Positions 1 through 11,342 of a DNA stretch of 64,000 nt are shown piece after piece; the stretch's first letter is position 1, and each line of letters opens with the position of its first letter. This DNA comes from a bacterium (GTDB lineage Bacteria; Desulfobacterota; DSWW01). The DNA is taken from the NCBI GenBank assembly GCA_040756235.1, contig JBFLZG010000130.1:57905-121904 (forward strand), written 5' to 3'. The notes under the pieces were generated by a model that saw only the letters and a list, made by a program, of their open reading frames with translations, did not search any database and was not told the origin of the DNA. Position numbers and translations under genes: made by a program.

Positions 1-2216
1 GCCCCGTGGATCCGCCGCACCTTGGATGTGCCCGGGGGCAGAAACAGCATGTCTCCCTGCCCCAGGAGCTTCTCCGCGCCCATCGCGTCCAGGATGGTGC
101 GCGAGTCGATACGGGAGCTCACCTGAAAGGAGATCCGTGTCGGCAGGTTGGCCTTGATGATGCCGGTGAGGACGTCCACGGAGGGCCGCTGGGTCGCCAG
201 GAGCAGGTGAATGCCGGCGGCGCGGGCCATCTGCGCGAGACGGGTGATCGCCTCCTCGATCTGCTTGCCGGAGAGGATCATCAGGTCTGCCATCTCGTCG
301 ATCACCAGGACGATATACGGCAGCTTTCCCTGCTCCGGCAGGATGTCGTCCTCGTCGGCGTTCTCGAGGTCGGCCTCCTCCAGGACCGGCTCGGCGGAGT
401 GCCCGGACGGCGCCTCGGACGCCGGAGACTCCTTGGCGATCCGTTCATTGTAGCTCTCGATGTTCCGGACACCCTTCTCGGACAGGAGCTGGTAGCGCTG
501 TTCCATGCGCTCGACGGCCCACTCGAGCACGTCCGAGGCGCGCCGGGCGTCCGTGATGACCGGGTGCAGCAGGTGCGGGATGCCGTGATAGGCGGTCAGC
601 TCCAGCATCTTGGGGTCGATCACCAGGAAGCGGACCTCCTGCGGAGAAAAACGAAAGAGCAGGCTGAGGATCAGCGAATGGAGGCAGACGCTCTTGCCCG
701 TGCCGGTAGCGCCGGCAATGAGCAGGTGGGGCATGCGGCTCAGATCGGTGCAGACCGGCTTGCCCGCGATGTCCTTGCCGAGAGCCAGCGGAAGCTTCCA
801 ACGGTTCGAGCGGAACGTCTCGGACGTGAGGATCTCCTTGAGATACACGTTCTGGCGCTTGGGATTGGGGACCTCGATCCCCACCACCGACTTGCCGGGG
901 ATCGGGGCCACGATGCGGATGCTCATGGCTTTCATCGCCAGGGCCAGATCGTCGGCGAGGTTGACGATGCGGTTGACCTTCACGCCCGGGGCGGGCTCGT
1001 ACTCGTACAGGGTGATGATGGGTCCGGGATGGACCTCGGTCACCCGCCCCTCGACGGCGAAATCCTTGAGCTTCTGTTCCAGCACCTTGGCGTTTTCCAG
1101 AAGCAGCTCCTTGTCCACGCATTCCTGGCCGAGGTCCGGATCGTCGAGCAGGTCCGAGGGAGGCGGCTGATAGATCTCGACCGGCGGTCGGGCGAACGGG
1201 AGGGCGGCTTGCAGCGGCTTGGGGGGCTGTCTGGGTTCCGGCGCGGCCGCCGGCACCGGCTCCACGATCTTCGGCGGGGGCGCCTCCGCCGGGGGCGGCA
1301 GGGCGGCCGGTTGCGGCTGCGCAGCCTCTGCGGCTTCCGCTGCCCCGGCAGCCTGCGGGGCCGCGGCCCGAGCGCGCTTGGGTCTCGGTTCCACAAGGAG
1401 CGGCCCGGGCCCGCTCGGCTCTTCGGCAGAGGGCTCCGGGACGGGCCGCTGCATGATGGTCTTGCCGTTGCCGGCCGGCGGGTGCCGGCGTGTGGCCCGG
1501 CCCCTCCACCCGGCCGTCCGTCCCTGGAGGCTCTGGATCCAGCCGCGCACGTGCCGCCAGGCTCGAAGCAAAAACGAAGAGAGGCCGGCCCCGGTGTGCC
1601 GCGAGCCTCTCCAGCTCGTCCTCAGGAAGCGGTCCAGAGCGGCGGCCGATCTGCGGAGCGCGCCCAGGACGGAGACCTCACCCAGTGCCGCGGAAGAGAG
1701 CACCAGGATGAGGACCACAACCAGATAGGAACCCGCCGGATGCAGATAGCGCAGCAGCATGCTGGCCGACTGCTGGCCCACGATGCCGCCCGCCTCCGGG
1801 GGCGGCCGTGCCGGCAGCAGAAGGGACAACAGGGCCGAAAAAGCGAGGAGCGACACCAGCGCCAGTGGCAGCTTCCACGGTTCGAATCGCAACGGGAGCC
1901 CGCGCATCACGAAGAAGGCCAGCACCGCGACCAGGAGACCGGCAAAATAGGAGCCGAGTCCCAGGGTCTCCTTGAAAAAGCTCGCGCCGTATGAGCCGAT
2001 GGGGCCTCCCAGGTTGCGGACCGCCTCGGGCCTGGGAGACACCTTGTGGAAGAAGCCGGGATCGGTCTCGGGAGAGTACGAGAGCAGAGAGATGAACAGA
2101 AAGAGGGCGCACCCGAGCAGCCCCAGCCCGACGAGCTCGCGTACCCAGGTCGCCGGACGGGAGGAAGTGCCGCTCTTGTGGGCAGAGCGCGAGGAGGCTC
2201 TGGCGGATCGGGCCAT
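1..2216 (-). CDS. ftsK: DNA translocase FtsK/SpoIIIE (3' end runs off window start)
   Basis: Manual translation of minus strand from ATG at 2216: N-terminal TM region, Pro/Ala-rich linker, [11 protein letters not shown], Walker [16 protein letters not shown] (in frame at 734), IDPK and [10 protein letters not shown] motifs. Absent from the ORF track because it is truncated. Confidence 0.95.
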   Translation of the reverse strand, partial: MARSARASSRSAHKSGTSSRPATWVRELVGLGLLGCALFLFISLLSYSPETDPGFFHKVSPRPEAVRNLGGPIGSYGASFFKETLGLGSYFAGLLVAVLAFFVMRGLPLRFEPWKLPLALVSLLAFSALLSLLLPARPPPEAGGIVGQQSASMLLRYLHPAGSYLVVVLILVLSSAALGEVSVLGALRRSAAALDRFLRTSWRGSRHTGAGLSSFLLRAWRHVRGWIQSLQGRTAGWRGRATRRHPPAGNGKTIMQRPVPEPSAEEPSGPGPLLVEPRPKRARAAAPQAAGAAEAAEAAQPQPAALPPPAEAPPPKIVEPVPAAAPEPRQPPKPLQAALPFARPPVEIYQPPPSDLLDDPDLGQECVDKELLLENAKVLEQKLKDFAVEGRVTEVHPGPIITLYEYEPAPGVKVNRIVNLADDLALAMKAMSIRIVAPIPGKSVVGIEVPNPKRQNVYLKEILTSETFRSNRWKLPLALGKDIAGKPVCTDLSRMPHLLIAGATGTGKSVCLHSLILSLLFRFSPQEVRFLVIDPKMLELTAYHGIPHLLHPVITDARRASDVLEWAVERMEQRYQLLSEKGVRNIESYNERIAKESPASEAPSGHSAEPVLEEADLENADEDDILPEQGKLPYIVLVIDEMADLMILSGKQIEEAITRLAQMARAAGIHLLLATQRPSVDVLTGIIKANLPTRISFQVSSRIDSRTILDAMGAEKLLGQGDMLFLPPGTSKVRRIHG

Positions 2217-2356
2217 GGAAGAAACCAGGTAAAAGGTCAAAGGTGATAGGTCAAGAAATCAACCCGCCCTGGTGAAAGGTCAAAAGTGAGCGGCTGAAGG
2301 AGACACCTTCTCGTCGGCCGACTCTTCCCTTTTCTCTTTCACCTTTCCCCTCTCTT

Positions 2357-2387
2357 CTAGGAGCCTGTCCAAGAATTCGGCTCCTAC
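2357..2387. repeat. ~30-bp palindromic mini-element overlapping the leuA stop codon
   Basis: CTAGGAGCCTGTCCAAGAATTCGGCTCCTA; its reverse complement nearly matches 52391-52420. Confidence 0.75.
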
Positions 2388-3931
2388 GGGCCGCCGCGCA
2401 GGATCGTTTTCTTTTTCTTGAGGTAGTCGAGCTTGTTGAGAGCGTTGACGTAGGCTTTTGCGCTGGCCACGATGATGTCCGTCGAGGCCCCGCGCCCCAG
2501 CGTGGTCTGGTCCGCCTCTTCGAGCCTGACGGAAACCTCCCCCTGCGCGTCCGTTCCGGACGTGATCGCGCTCACTTCGTAGCGGACGAGCTTGCTGTCG
2601 TCCCCGCTGATGGCGCGGATGGCCTTGAAGGCCGCGTCCACGGGGCCGTCCCCGAACTCGGCTTTCTTGATGACCCGACCGTCCATCTTGATCTGCACGG
2701 TTGCGGTCGGGATGAGGTGGGTGCCGCTTGTGACGCTGAGGAAATCGAGCTCGTAGCGCTCCCGGATCCGCAGGATCTCCTCTGCGATGATGGCCTCGAT
2801 GTCCTCGTCGAAGACCTCCTTCTTGCGATCCGCCATCTGCTTGAAGCACTCGAAGGCCAGGGTGAGGTGCTCGTCGGCCAGGTCGTAGCCGAGCTGCATC
2901 AGCCTTTCCCGGAAGGCGTGGCGGCCCGAGTGCTTTCCCAGCACGAGCCGGTTCCGGGGAATCCCGATCGACTCGGGCGTCATGATCTCGTAGGTCGTCT
3001 TCTCTTTGAGCACCCCGTCCTGGTGGATTCCGGCTTCGTGGGCAAAAGCGTTGGAGCCGACCACCGCCTTATTGGGCTGCACGCGCACGCCCGTGATCCG
3101 GGTGACGAGGCGGCTGGTCGGATAGATGTGCTCGGCCCGGATCGCGGTCTCGTACCGGAAATGGTCCTTGCGGACCTTGAGCGCCATGACGACCTCTTCC
3201 AGGGAGCAGTTGCCGGCCCGCTCACCGATGCCGTTCATGGTGCACTCCACCTGGGTGGCGCCGTGCGCCACGGCGGTGAGCGTGTTCGCGACCGCCAGTC
3301 CGAGATCGTTGTGGCAGTGCACGCTGATCACGGCCCGCTCGATCCCCTGGACCTCCGTTCGTACGAAGTCGATCAGTCGACCGTACTCCTCGGGTACGGT
3401 GTAACCCACCGTGTCGGGAATGTTGAGGCAGGTCGCGCCCGCGTCCAGGACCGCTTGAAAGATCCGCGCGAGAAAGGCCGGATCGCTGCGCGTGGCGTCC
3501 TCCGCCGAGAACTCGACGAAAGGGACGAGGCTCTTGGCCCTGCGCACCGCCGCCACCGCCTCCTCGACCACCTGATCCGGCTCCATGCGGAGCTTGTGCT
3601 GCATGTGGATCGGGCTCGTGGCGATGAATACATGAAGGACCGGCGCTTCCGCCTTGCGCACCGCATCCCAGGCCCGCTCGATGTCCTCGGGCCGGGTCCT
3701 GGCCAGAGCCACGACCTGGCATTGCCGGACATGCTGGGCGACGAGCCGCACGGACTCGAAATCCCCCTCGGAGGAGATGGGGAACCCGGCTTCGATCGCA
3801 TCCACTCCGAGTCTCTCCAACTGCCGGGCGATCTCCAGCTTTTCAGCCGGATTCATGCTGGCCCCCGGGGACTGCTCTCCGTCCCGCAGGGTCGTGTCGA
3901 AGACCCGAATCGGAATCCTGTCGGCACACAT
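2384..3931 (-). CDS. leuA: 2-isopropylmalate synthase
   Basis: [40 protein letters not shown] and a C-terminal regulatory domain; start set at MCADRIP. Confidence 0.96.
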   Translation of the reverse strand: MCADRIPIRVFDTTLRDGEQSPGASMNPAEKLEIARQLERLGVDAIEAGFPISSEGDFESVRLVAQHVRQCQVVALARTRPEDIERAWDAVRKAEAPVLHVFIATSPIHMQHKLRMEPDQVVEEAVAAVRRAKSLVPFVEFSAEDATRSDPAFLARIFQAVLDAGATCLNIPDTVGYTVPEEYGRLIDFVRTEVQGIERAVISVHCHNDLGLAVANTLTAVAHGATQVECTMNGIGERAGNCSLEEVVMALKVRKDHFRYETAIRAEHIYPTSRLVTRITGVRVQPNKAVVGSNAFAHEAGIHQDGVLKEKTTYEIMTPESIGIPRNRLVLGKHSGRHAFRERLMQLGYDLADEHLTLAFECFKQMADRKKEVFDEDIEAIIAEEILRIRERYELDFLSVTSGTHLIPTATVQIKMDGRVIKKAEFGDGPVDAAFKAIRAISGDDSKLVRYEVSAITSGTDAQGEVSVRLEEADQTTLGRGASTDIIVASAKAYVNALNKLDYLKKKKTILRGGP

Positions 3932-3966
3932 CGGTCGCGTTTCCTTTCGCAGCTGTCGGGCCCGCC

Positions 3967-4785
3967 TTATCCGGTCGGACCCTGGGCCTGGCCGGCTTCC
4001 TCCTCCAACGGCAGGGCGGCGTTCCTTCTCCTTCTCATCCGGAGAAAGATTCCCCGCACCGGGCCATGGAGGGCATAGATCGTGAAAAGGGTGAAAAGGA
4101 CGATCTGAGGCTCGTTCACGATCAGCACGAGCAGGACGATGATCGCCAGGAGCGCCGTGAACGGCTTGCGCCTGCGGAGCTCCAGCTCCTTGAAGCTGAG
4201 GAACTTGATATTGCTGACCATGAGAAAGGCGAGCAGGAAGATCAGCAGCAGGACCGCGAGCTGCTTGGTGGGCCCGGTGACCTGGAATTTGTAGTAGAGC
4301 AGGACCGTCGTGGCCACCAGGCCGGCGGAGCCGGGGATCGGCAGGCCGTTGAACGTCACCGACTCGATATTGTCGATCTGCACGTTGTAGCGGGCCAGCC
4401 GCAGGGCCCCGCAGACGACGAACAGGAACGCCGCGGACCACCCCCAGTTTCCGTAAGGCCTCAGAGCCCACTGGTAGGCCAGCAGGCCGGGCGCCACGCC
4501 GAAGGACACGAGGTCCGAAAGCGAGTCGTACTCCACGCCGAAGCGGCTCGTGCTCGACGTCATGCGGGCGATCCGGCCGTCGGCGCCGTCGCAGAACATG
4601 GAAACGATGATGGCCCAGGACGCATGGGCGAAATCGCCGTTCAGGGTGGCCACGATGGAGTAGAACCCGGCAAACAGGCTGGCCGAGGTGAAGAGGTTCG
4701 GGAGGATGTAGATCCCCTTGCGGATGTTCTCCCCCCCCAGCCGGCGCTTCTGCAGGCCCTGGCCTCTCGAGAATCGTTCTCTCAT
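3967..4785 (-). CDS. pssA: CDP-diacylglycerol--serine O-phosphatidyltransferase
   Basis: CDP-alcohol phosphotransferase motif DGADGRIAR...FGVEYDSLSDLVSFG; adjacent to psd. Confidence 0.93.
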   Translation of the reverse strand: MRERFSRGQGLQKRRLGGENIRKGIYILPNLFTSASLFAGFYSIVATLNGDFAHASWAIIVSMFCDGADGRIARMTSSTSRFGVEYDSLSDLVSFGVAPGLLAYQWALRPYGNWGWSAAFLFVVCGALRLARYNVQIDNIESVTFNGLPIPGSAGLVATTVLLYYKFQVTGPTKQLAVLLLIFLLAFLMVSNIKFLSFKELELRRRKPFTALLAIIVLLVLIVNEPQIVLFTLFTIYALHGPVRGIFLRMRRRRNAALPLEEEAGQAQGPTG

Positions 4786-5432
4786 GTGCCGTACCCCACG
4801 ATCGTCTCCCCGGCTTTGACGTGCTGGCCGACCCGGACAGCGGGCGTGGTTCCCTCAGGCAGGTAGATCTCGAGCCGGGAACCGAAGCGGATCAGGCCGA
4901 ACCGTTCCCCTTTCACCAGAGCATCGCCTTCCCCGGGGTAGCAGACGATGCGGCGCGCCGCCACCCCCGCGATCTGAACCACACCGAGAACGAAGCCGGC
5001 TTCGGCCTCGAGCACCATCTCCATCCGCTCGTTCTCGCGCCCGGCTTCCGGTCGGCTCGCCACGTGAAAATGCCCCGGCTTGTAAGTCTTGCGGAGCACT
5101 TTCCCGCTGACCGGGGAGCGGTTCACGTGGACGTTCAAGGGGCTCATGAAAATGCCCACCTTCCAGCAGGGGCCGATCATCCCGGCAAGCCCGGCTTCCA
5201 CTCGTTGCACTTCCAGAACCTTTCCGTCCGCAGGGCAGACGATGGCCTTCGCGTCCTCGGGGATGCGCCGGTGCGGGTTGCGGAAAAAGGCGCCCGCGGC
5301 AAAGGTCAGGATGAACAGGATCCAGGCCGGTCCGTGCAGATCCACGGCCGCGAAGAACAGGGCCAGGAAGCCCGTGAGGGCCACGAAAGGGTAACCCTCG
5401 CTGACCATCAACGGCTCGTCTCTGGCGCTCAT
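4782..5432 (-). CDS. psd: Phosphatidylserine decarboxylase proenzyme
   Basis: [21 protein letters not shown] and FGS self-cleavage motif; ATG overlaps ilvC stop (ATGA). Confidence 0.93.
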   Translation of the reverse strand: MSARDEPLMVSEGYPFVALTGFLALFFAAVDLHGPAWILFILTFAAGAFFRNPHRRIPEDAKAIVCPADGKVLEVQRVEAGLAGMIGPCWKVGIFMSPLNVHVNRSPVSGKVLRKTYKPGHFHVASRPEAGRENERMEMVLEAEAGFVLGVVQIAGVAARRIVCYPGEGDALVKGERFGLIRFGSRLEIYLPEGTTPAVRVGQHVKAGETIVGYGT

Positions 5433-6448
5433 CCGGTCTTCGTCCTGTCCACTTTCTTCTGCCCTTCGATCCAGGGCATCATGCCCCTGAGCTTCTTGCC
5501 CACCTCTTCGATCGGGTGACCTTCCATGGCCCGGGTCAGAGCGTTGAAAACAGGTCTTCGTGCCTGGTTCTCCAGGATCCACTCCCTGGCAAAACGGCCG
5601 TTCTGCACGTCCTCCAGGATCCGGTCCATCTCGAGGCGGGCCTGCTCGCCCACCACCTTCCGGCCCCGGGTCAGCCCTCCGTATTGAGCGGTGTTGCTGA
5701 CCGAGAAGTACATGTTGCCCAGGCCTCCTTCATAGATGAGGTCGACGATGAGCTTCAATTCATGGAGGCACTCGAAGTACGCCATCTCCGGCGCGTAGCC
5801 GGCCCGGACCAGCGTCTCGAAGCCGGCCGCGATCAGCTCGGACACGCCCCCGCACAGGACCGCCTGCTCTCCGAACAGGTCGGTCTCGGTCTCCTCCCGG
5901 AAGGTCGTCTCCAGGATGCCGGCCTTGCCGGCACCGAGGGCCGCCGCATAGGCGAGCGCCATGGCTCGGGCCTGGCCGGTGGAGTCCTGGTGAACCGCCA
6001 CGAGCACGGGCACGCCCTTGCCCTGAGTGAATTCGTACCGCACCATGTGCCCCGGCGCCTTGGGGGCGACCATCCACACATCGGTCCCCTGAGGAGGCAC
6101 GATCTGACCGTAATGGATGTTGAACCCGTGGGCGAAGACCAGGGAATTGCCCGGCACCAGCTCGGCCCGGATCTCGTCGTCATAGACTCCGGGCTGCAGC
6201 TCGTCGGGCACGAGGATCACGACGATGTCGGCCTCCCGAGCTGCCTCCGCGATCGGCTTTACCCGCAAGCCCGCCTTCTCGGCTTTCTCCCAGGAGGAGC
6301 CTTTCCGTCTCAGCCCGACCCGGACGTCCATGCCGCTCTCCGACAGGTTCAAAGCATGGGCATGGCCCTGGCTGCCGTAACCGACGACGGCGATCTTCTT
6401 CCCCTTCAGGACTCGAAGGTCCGCGTCCTTGTCGTAATAGACCTGCAT
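5429..6448 (-). CDS. ilvC: Ketol-acid reductoisomerase
   Basis: [35 protein letters not shown] 8 nt upstream of ATG 6448. Confidence 0.97.
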   Translation of the reverse strand: MQVYYDKDADLRVLKGKKIAVVGYGSQGHAHALNLSESGMDVRVGLRRKGSSWEKAEKAGLRVKPIAEAAREADIVVILVPDELQPGVYDDEIRAELVPGNSLVFAHGFNIHYGQIVPPQGTDVWMVAPKAPGHMVRYEFTQGKGVPVLVAVHQDSTGQARAMALAYAAALGAGKAGILETTFREETETDLFGEQAVLCGGVSELIAAGFETLVRAGYAPEMAYFECLHELKLIVDLIYEGGLGNMYFSVSNTAQYGGLTRGRKVVGEQARLEMDRILEDVQNGRFAREWILENQARRPVFNALTRAMEGHPIEEVGKKLRGMMPWIEGQKKVDRTKTG

Positions 6449-6467
6449 GATCAAAGCTCCTTCATTT

Positions 6468-6592
6468 AGGTATCAGGTATCAGGTGTCGGCCCTGCTCCC
6501 TTACCCCCAGCCTGGCAAATGCGTTCGATCAGTCTGGCCTTGGGCGGGTCCGGCTCGGGCCCTGAAACCTGAGACCTGAAACCTGGCACCTG
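6468..6592. repeat. Inverted arrays of tandem heptamers (AGGTATC/AGGTGTC ... CCTGAAA/CCTGAGA/CCTGGCA)
   Basis: Seen directly in the ilvN-ilvC intergenic region; same family at 26149-26277. Confidence 0.75.
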
Positions 6593-6595
6593 TTC

Positions 6596-7072
6596 TCAAT
6601 CTCCGCGCGGGATCGCCACCTTGCCCGTGCGCACGATCTCTCGAATGCCCATGGGCTTGAGCAGATCGATCATGGCCTGGATCTTGTCCTCGGCGCCGGT
6701 GACCTCGACGGTGAACGTTTTGGCGGTCACGTCGACGACTTTGCTGCGAAAGATGTCGACGATTCGCAGCACCTCGGCCCGGGTCCTTTCCTCTGCCGTC
6801 ACCTTGATCAGGGTGAGCTCGCGATCGACGAAGCGCTTTCCCGTGAGATCCGAAACCTTGATGACGTCGATCAGCTTGCGGAGCTGTTTCAGGATCTGTT
6901 CGATGATCTGATCGTTCCCCTCGGTCACGATCGTCATCCGGGAGAGCTTCGGATCCAGCGTCGGCGCCACGGTGAGGCTCTCGATATTGAACCCCCTGGC
7001 GCTGAACAGGCCGGAGACTCGGGAGAGGACGCCGAATTCGTTCTTGACGAGCACGGAGATCGTGTGGCGCAC
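6596..7072 (-). CDS. ilvN: Acetolactate synthase small (regulatory) subunit
   Basis: [35 protein letters not shown] domain; GTG start at 7072. Confidence 0.95.
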   Translation of the reverse strand: MRHTISVLVKNEFGVLSRVSGLFSARGFNIESLTVAPTLDPKLSRMTIVTEGNDQIIEQILKQLRKLIDVIKVSDLTGKRFVDRELTLIKVTAEERTRAEVLRIVDIFRSKVVDVTAKTFTVEVTGAEDKIQAMIDLLKPMGIREIVRTGKVAIPRGD

Positions 7073-7095
7073 CGACCTTGCCTCCCCTCGTTTTC

Positions 7096-8787
7096 CTATA
7101 ACAGAATCATCTCTGTCAAGGGCGCGCCGGCAGGCACCATCGGATAGACTCCCTCCTCGCGCGCGATGCGGAAATCGATCAGCACCGTCCTGGGGGTGCG
7201 GATGGCCTGCTCGAGGACCGGCACGACTTGGTCGGCCTTCTCGGCCCTGAGACCGACGGCCCCGTACGCCTCGGCGAGCTTCACGAAATCGGGCTGCGCC
7301 GTCATCTCCGAGCAGGCGTAGCGCTTGCCGTAGAACAGCTCCTGCCACTGTCGCACCATTCCCAGGTAGCCGTTGTTGAGGATCGCGATCTTGACCGGCA
7401 GCCGGTACTGCACGGCCGTGGCCAGCTCCTGGATGTTCATCTGGATGCTGCCGTCCCCGGCGATGTCGAAGACCAGGCTTTCCGGCCGGGCGATCTGCAC
7501 GCCGATGGCCGCCGGAAGGCCGTATCCCATGGTGCCGAGGCCTCCGGAGGTGAAAAGCGTCCGCGGCCGGCTGAACCGGTAGTACTGGACGGCCCACATC
7601 TGGTTCTGCCCCACCTCGGTGGTGATGAGGGCTTCTCCCCGGGTCAGCTCGTAGATCTTCTCGACCACGTACTGAGGCTTGAGCCCCCCATCGGGATCGT
7701 AGGCCAGGGCGCGTTCCCGCTTCCAGGTCTCGATCTGATCGAGCCACTCCTTTCTCTGCGGCTTCTTGAGAGCCCGGTATTTCGGTTTTCTCAGGATCTG
7801 CAGGATCTGCTGCAGCACCCTTCTGGCGTCTCCCACGATCGGGACGTCGACCACCACGTTCTTGCTGATCGAGGTGGGGTCGATGTCGATGTGGACGATC
7901 TTGGCCTGCTTGGCGAAGGCGTCGATGCGACCGGTGACGCGGTCATCGAAGCGGGCGCCGATCGCCATGACCACGTCCGCGCTCGAGATCGCGAGGTTGG
8001 CGCAGCAGGTCCCGTGCATGCCGAGCATTCCCAGGCTCAACGGGTGATCGCCGGGGAACGCGCCGAGCCCCATCAGGGTCATGGTCACGGGCACCCGGAA
8101 GCGTTCGGCCAGCCGCCTGACCTCCGGGGCGGCCCCGGAGAGGATCACGCCGCCGCCTACGTAGAGTACGGGGCGCCGGGCCTTGACGAGCAAGTCCAGG
8201 GCCCGCTCGATCTGTCCGGGGTGGCCCTCGGTGTTGGGCCTGTAACCGGGCAGATCGACCCTGCGGCTCGGGACGTAAGGGACCACGGCCGCGGTCACGT
8301 CTTTCGGCAGGTCCACGACCACGGGCCCGGGCCGACCGGTGCGGGCGATGTGGAACGCCTCGCGGATGATCCGCGCCAGGTCGCCCGCGTCCTTCACCAG
8401 GTAGTTGTGCTTGGTGCAGGACCGGGTGATCCCGAGTGTATCGGCTTCCTGGAACGCGTCGTTGCCGATGAGCATGGTGGGAACCTGGCCCGAGAAGACG
8501 ATGACCGGAACGGAGTCCATGTAAGCGGTCGCCAGGCCGGTGACCGTGTTCGTGGCGCCCGGGCCGGACGTGACCAGGCAGACCCCGACCCTCCCGGTCG
8601 CCCGGGCGAAGCCGTCTGCGGCGTGCACCGCAGCCTGCTCGTGACGGACCAGGATGTGACGGATGTCGGAATGGTAGAGCGCATCATAGAGCTCGAGGAC
8701 CGCCCCACCGGGAAAGCCGAAGATGGTCTCCACCCCTTCCTGTCTGAGGCAATCCACGAAGATCTGTGCGCCTGATAGCTTCTTCAA
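7096..8787 (-). CDS. ilvB: Acetolactate synthase large subunit
   Basis: [20 protein letters not shown], ThDP-binding GDGS...NN motif. Confidence 0.97.
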   Translation of the reverse strand: MKKLSGAQIFVDCLRQEGVETIFGFPGGAVLELYDALYHSDIRHILVRHEQAAVHAADGFARATGRVGVCLVTSGPGATNTVTGLATAYMDSVPVIVFSGQVPTMLIGNDAFQEADTLGITRSCTKHNYLVKDAGDLARIIREAFHIARTGRPGPVVVDLPKDVTAAVVPYVPSRRVDLPGYRPNTEGHPGQIERALDLLVKARRPVLYVGGGVILSGAAPEVRRLAERFRVPVTMTLMGLGAFPGDHPLSLGMLGMHGTCCANLAISSADVVMAIGARFDDRVTGRIDAFAKQAKIVHIDIDPTSISKNVVVDVPIVGDARRVLQQILQILRKPKYRALKKPQRKEWLDQIETWKRERALAYDPDGGLKPQYVVEKIYELTRGEALITTEVGQNQMWAVQYYRFSRPRTLFTSGGLGTMGYGLPAAIGVQIARPESLVFDIAGDGSIQMNIQELATAVQYRLPVKIAILNNGYLGMVRQWQELFYGKRYACSEMTAQPDFVKLAEAYGAVGLRAEKADQVVPVLEQAIRTPRTVLIDFRIAREEGVYPMVPAGAPLTEMILL

Positions 8788-8802
8788 CTCACGCTCACCT
8801 TT

Positions 8803-10452
8803 TCATTTGAGGACGGCGCCGGTCGCGGCCGAGGTCACCAGCCGCGCATAGCGGGCCAGGTACCCCCTGGAGGCCTTCGGTGCCGGGGCTTTCCACCGGC
8901 CCTTTCTCCTGGAAAGCTCGTTCTCCTCGACTTCGAGCTGCAGCCGTCGGTCGGGAAGGTCCAGGCGGATGCGGTCTCCGTCCTCAACCCACGCCAGAGG
9001 CCCGCCTTCCGCCGCCTCGGGCGAGACGTGGCCGATGCACGGCCCTCGAGTGCCCCCCGAGAACCTTCCGTCCGTGACCAGGGCGACCCGGTCCAGACCC
9101 ATGCCGACGATCGCCGAAGTCGGGGCCAGCATCTCCCGCATGCCGGGGCCGCCCCGGGGGCCTTCGTAACGGATGACCACGAAATCGCCGTTTCGAATCT
9201 CGCCCGAGAGGATCGCGCGCTGCGCCGCCTCCTCGCAGTCGAAGACGCGCGCCTTGCCTTCGAAGCGCGTCATCTCCGGCGCGACGCCCGACTGCTTCAC
9301 GACCGCTCCCTGAGGGGCCAGGTTCCCCGTGAGGATCGCTATGCCGCCCTCCCGGTGCACGGGGTTGTCGATCGTGCGCAGGACCTCTTCACCGAACGGC
9401 CGGCCGGAATCACGGATCTCCAGGATCGACCCTCCGCTCACGTGGAGGCTTTCCCGGATGCGTTCCCCCAGTCGCTGAAGGACGGCAGGCACGCCCCCGG
9501 CGTTGTGCAGGTCCTCCAGAAAATAGGTTCCGGCGGGACGAAGGTCGGCCAGGTGCGGCGTGGTGCGGCTCAGCCGGTCGAAACACTCCGGCGACAGATC
9601 GACCCCGGCTTCGTGGGCCAGGGCGCACAAGTGGAGCACGGTGTTCGTGGACCCGCCCAGGGCCATGTCCACCGAAATCGCGTTGTCGAAGGCAGCCTCG
9701 GTCAGGATCTTCCGGGGAGCCCTTCCTGCCCGGATCGCCTCCACCGCGACCCGGCCGCTTTCGAAGGCCAGGCGCCTCTTCTCGGCCGACACCGCCGGAG
9801 CGGTCCCGCACCCCGGCAGCGAGAGGCCCAGCACCTCGGTCAGGCAGTTCATGGTGTTGGCGGTGTAGAGGCCCTGGCACGAGCCGGGACCGGGGCAGGC
9901 GCAGATCTCGAGGCAGTCGAGCTCCTCTCGGGAGATCTCTCCCTTCTTCCTCTTCCCGACCGCCTCGAACGTGTCACGCACCAGGGAGAGCCTCTTTCCC
10001 TGGTGAAAACCGGCGAGCATCGGCCCCGCGGTCACGAGGACCGCAGGAATGTCCAGCCGCGCGGCAGCCATGAGCATGCCCGGCGTGATCTTGTCGCAGC
10101 TCGTGAGCAGGACGAGCCCGTCCAGGGCGTGGGCCTCGGCGATCGACTCCACCATGTCCGCCACCAGCTCGCGGAAGGGCAGGGAATAGCGCATGCCGGC
10201 GTGTCCCATGGCGATGCCGTCGCACAGCGCGCCCACGTGAAAGACGAAGGGATAGCCCCCGGCCGCATGCACGCCCTTCTCCACGAATCGGGCCAGCTCC
10301 GACAGGTTCAGATGGCCCGGCACGAGGTCGGAAGAGGAGTCGGCAATTCCGACAAAGGGCTTGCCCATCTCGCCCCTGGGCAATCCGGTCGCGTGGAGCA
10401 GCGCCCTGGCGGGCGCGCGCTCGATCCCCTCTTTCACTCTGTCGCTGCGCAT
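8803..10452 (-). CDS. ilvD: Dihydroxy-acid dehydratase
   Basis: [28 protein letters not shown] motifs. Confidence 0.97.
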   Translation of the reverse strand: MRSDRVKEGIERAPARALLHATGLPRGEMGKPFVGIADSSSDLVPGHLNLSELARFVEKGVHAAGGYPFVFHVGALCDGIAMGHAGMRYSLPFRELVADMVESIAEAHALDGLVLLTSCDKITPGMLMAAARLDIPAVLVTAGPMLAGFHQGKRLSLVRDTFEAVGKRKKGEISREELDCLEICACPGPGSCQGLYTANTMNCLTEVLGLSLPGCGTAPAVSAEKRRLAFESGRVAVEAIRAGRAPRKILTEAAFDNAISVDMALGGSTNTVLHLCALAHEAGVDLSPECFDRLSRTTPHLADLRPAGTYFLEDLHNAGGVPAVLQRLGERIRESLHVSGGSILEIRDSGRPFGEEVLRTIDNPVHREGGIAILTGNLAPQGAVVKQSGVAPEMTRFEGKARVFDCEEAAQRAILSGEIRNGDFVVIRYEGPRGGPGMREMLAPTSAIVGMGLDRVALVTDGRFSGGTRGPCIGHVSPEAAEGGPLAWVEDGDRIRLDLPDRRLQLEVEENELSRRKGRWKAPAPKASRGYLARYARLVTSAATGAVLK

Positions 10453-10599
10453 GCACGTGCACCTCGTGGGCGTCCATCCCCTCCGGTTCCCTGCTGAAGT
10501 GCCTTCAGGAACGATGCCCTGCTTCTTCGTGCCAGGGCCTTTGGGAGGATTCCGAGGCCGAAGGTTGGGAGGCTGAAAATTCTACTACGGAAGGTCATT

Positions 10600-10628
10600 A
10601 TTGTGGGTAATATCAAGAAAGCTGTCAA
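10600..10628 (-). promoter_or_regulatory. Putative sigma70 promoter of the ilv operon
   Basis: TTGACA-17 nt-CACAAT on the minus strand upstream of ilvD. Confidence 0.6.
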
Positions 10629-11317
10629 TGGCAGGGGGAGCGCTTCAGCTCGGCATCGGAAGGCCTGACATACAGGGCGCGGATCTCTCCGGGAGGGGAG
10701 CCGCCCTCCTTTTCGTACTTCTGCCGCGCCAGCCTGCACAGGGCGGACGCCCTCGGATAGTGGGACTCGAGCGGGGCGAACAGAACAGGATGCGGGGCTC
10801 GCGACCGGATACGGTCGCGGTAGAGCAGGGCGCCGTCCCCGATGAGCAGGGTAGGCTCGATCAGTCTCTCTGCGAGCGCCTCGGGAGTGAGACAGAGGTA
10901 ATCGCTGATACGTCGAGAGCCGCCCGGTGCGTCACTCCGATAGAATGCGGCAAAGACCTGCCCCTTGCGGGCGTCCAGGGCGGGGCAGACGAGGAGCGTC
11001 GAGCCCGGGACGTTCTCGGCAAGCAGATCCAGGGTCGGTACGCCCACCATCGGCCTGGAGGCAGCCATGGCCAGCGCCTTGGCCGTGGCCAGCCCGATGC
11101 GCAGACCCGTGAAGGAACCGGGTCCGGTGGCGGCAGCCACGACGTCGACCTGCCGGATCTCGACCTCTGCAGACTCCAGGAGACGGGCAAGCCCCGGCAG
11201 CAGCCGTTCGGAGTGGGACTTCGGCTGGTTCAGGCTCCACTCGGCGAGCACTCTGTCCTCTTCCACCAGAGCGACGCTGCCGCAGGACGTGCTCGTGTCG
11301 ATCCCGAGGAAGATCAT
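10625..11317 (-). CDS. tsaB: tRNA t6A biosynthesis protein TsaB
   Basis: MIFLGIDTS, HSERL, GPGSFTGLRIG, DARK, C-terminal LYVRPSDAE. Confidence 0.95.
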   Translation of the reverse strand: MIFLGIDTSTSCGSVALVEEDRVLAEWSLNQPKSHSERLLPGLARLLESAEVEIRQVDVVAAATGPGSFTGLRIGLATAKALAMAASRPMVGVPTLDLLAENVPGSTLLVCPALDARKGQVFAAFYRSDAPGGSRRISDYLCLTPEALAERLIEPTLLIGDGALLYRDRIRSRAPHPVLFAPLESHYPRASALCRLARQKYEKEGGSPPGEIRALYVRPSDAELKRSPCH

Positions 11318-11342
11318 GGGGTCCCGTTTTCGGAAGCATCCG

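Noticed and set aside
6..1994. 662-aa plus-strand ORF and other long antisense ORFs (e.g. 17915-20938, 7228-8775, 37315-39033, 43076-44899)
   Set aside because: Shadow frames opposite well-supported genes, expected in high-GC DNA; no recognisable motifs.
2384..10452. psd-pssA embedded in the ilv-leuA operon as a novel association
   Set aside because: This order is already familiar from delta- and betaproteobacterial genomes.
10453..10600. Ile/Leu/Val attenuator or T-box upstream of ilvD
   Set aside because: No ILV-rich leader peptide, T-box motif or U-tailed terminator seen; the only upstream ATG abuts the -10 element.
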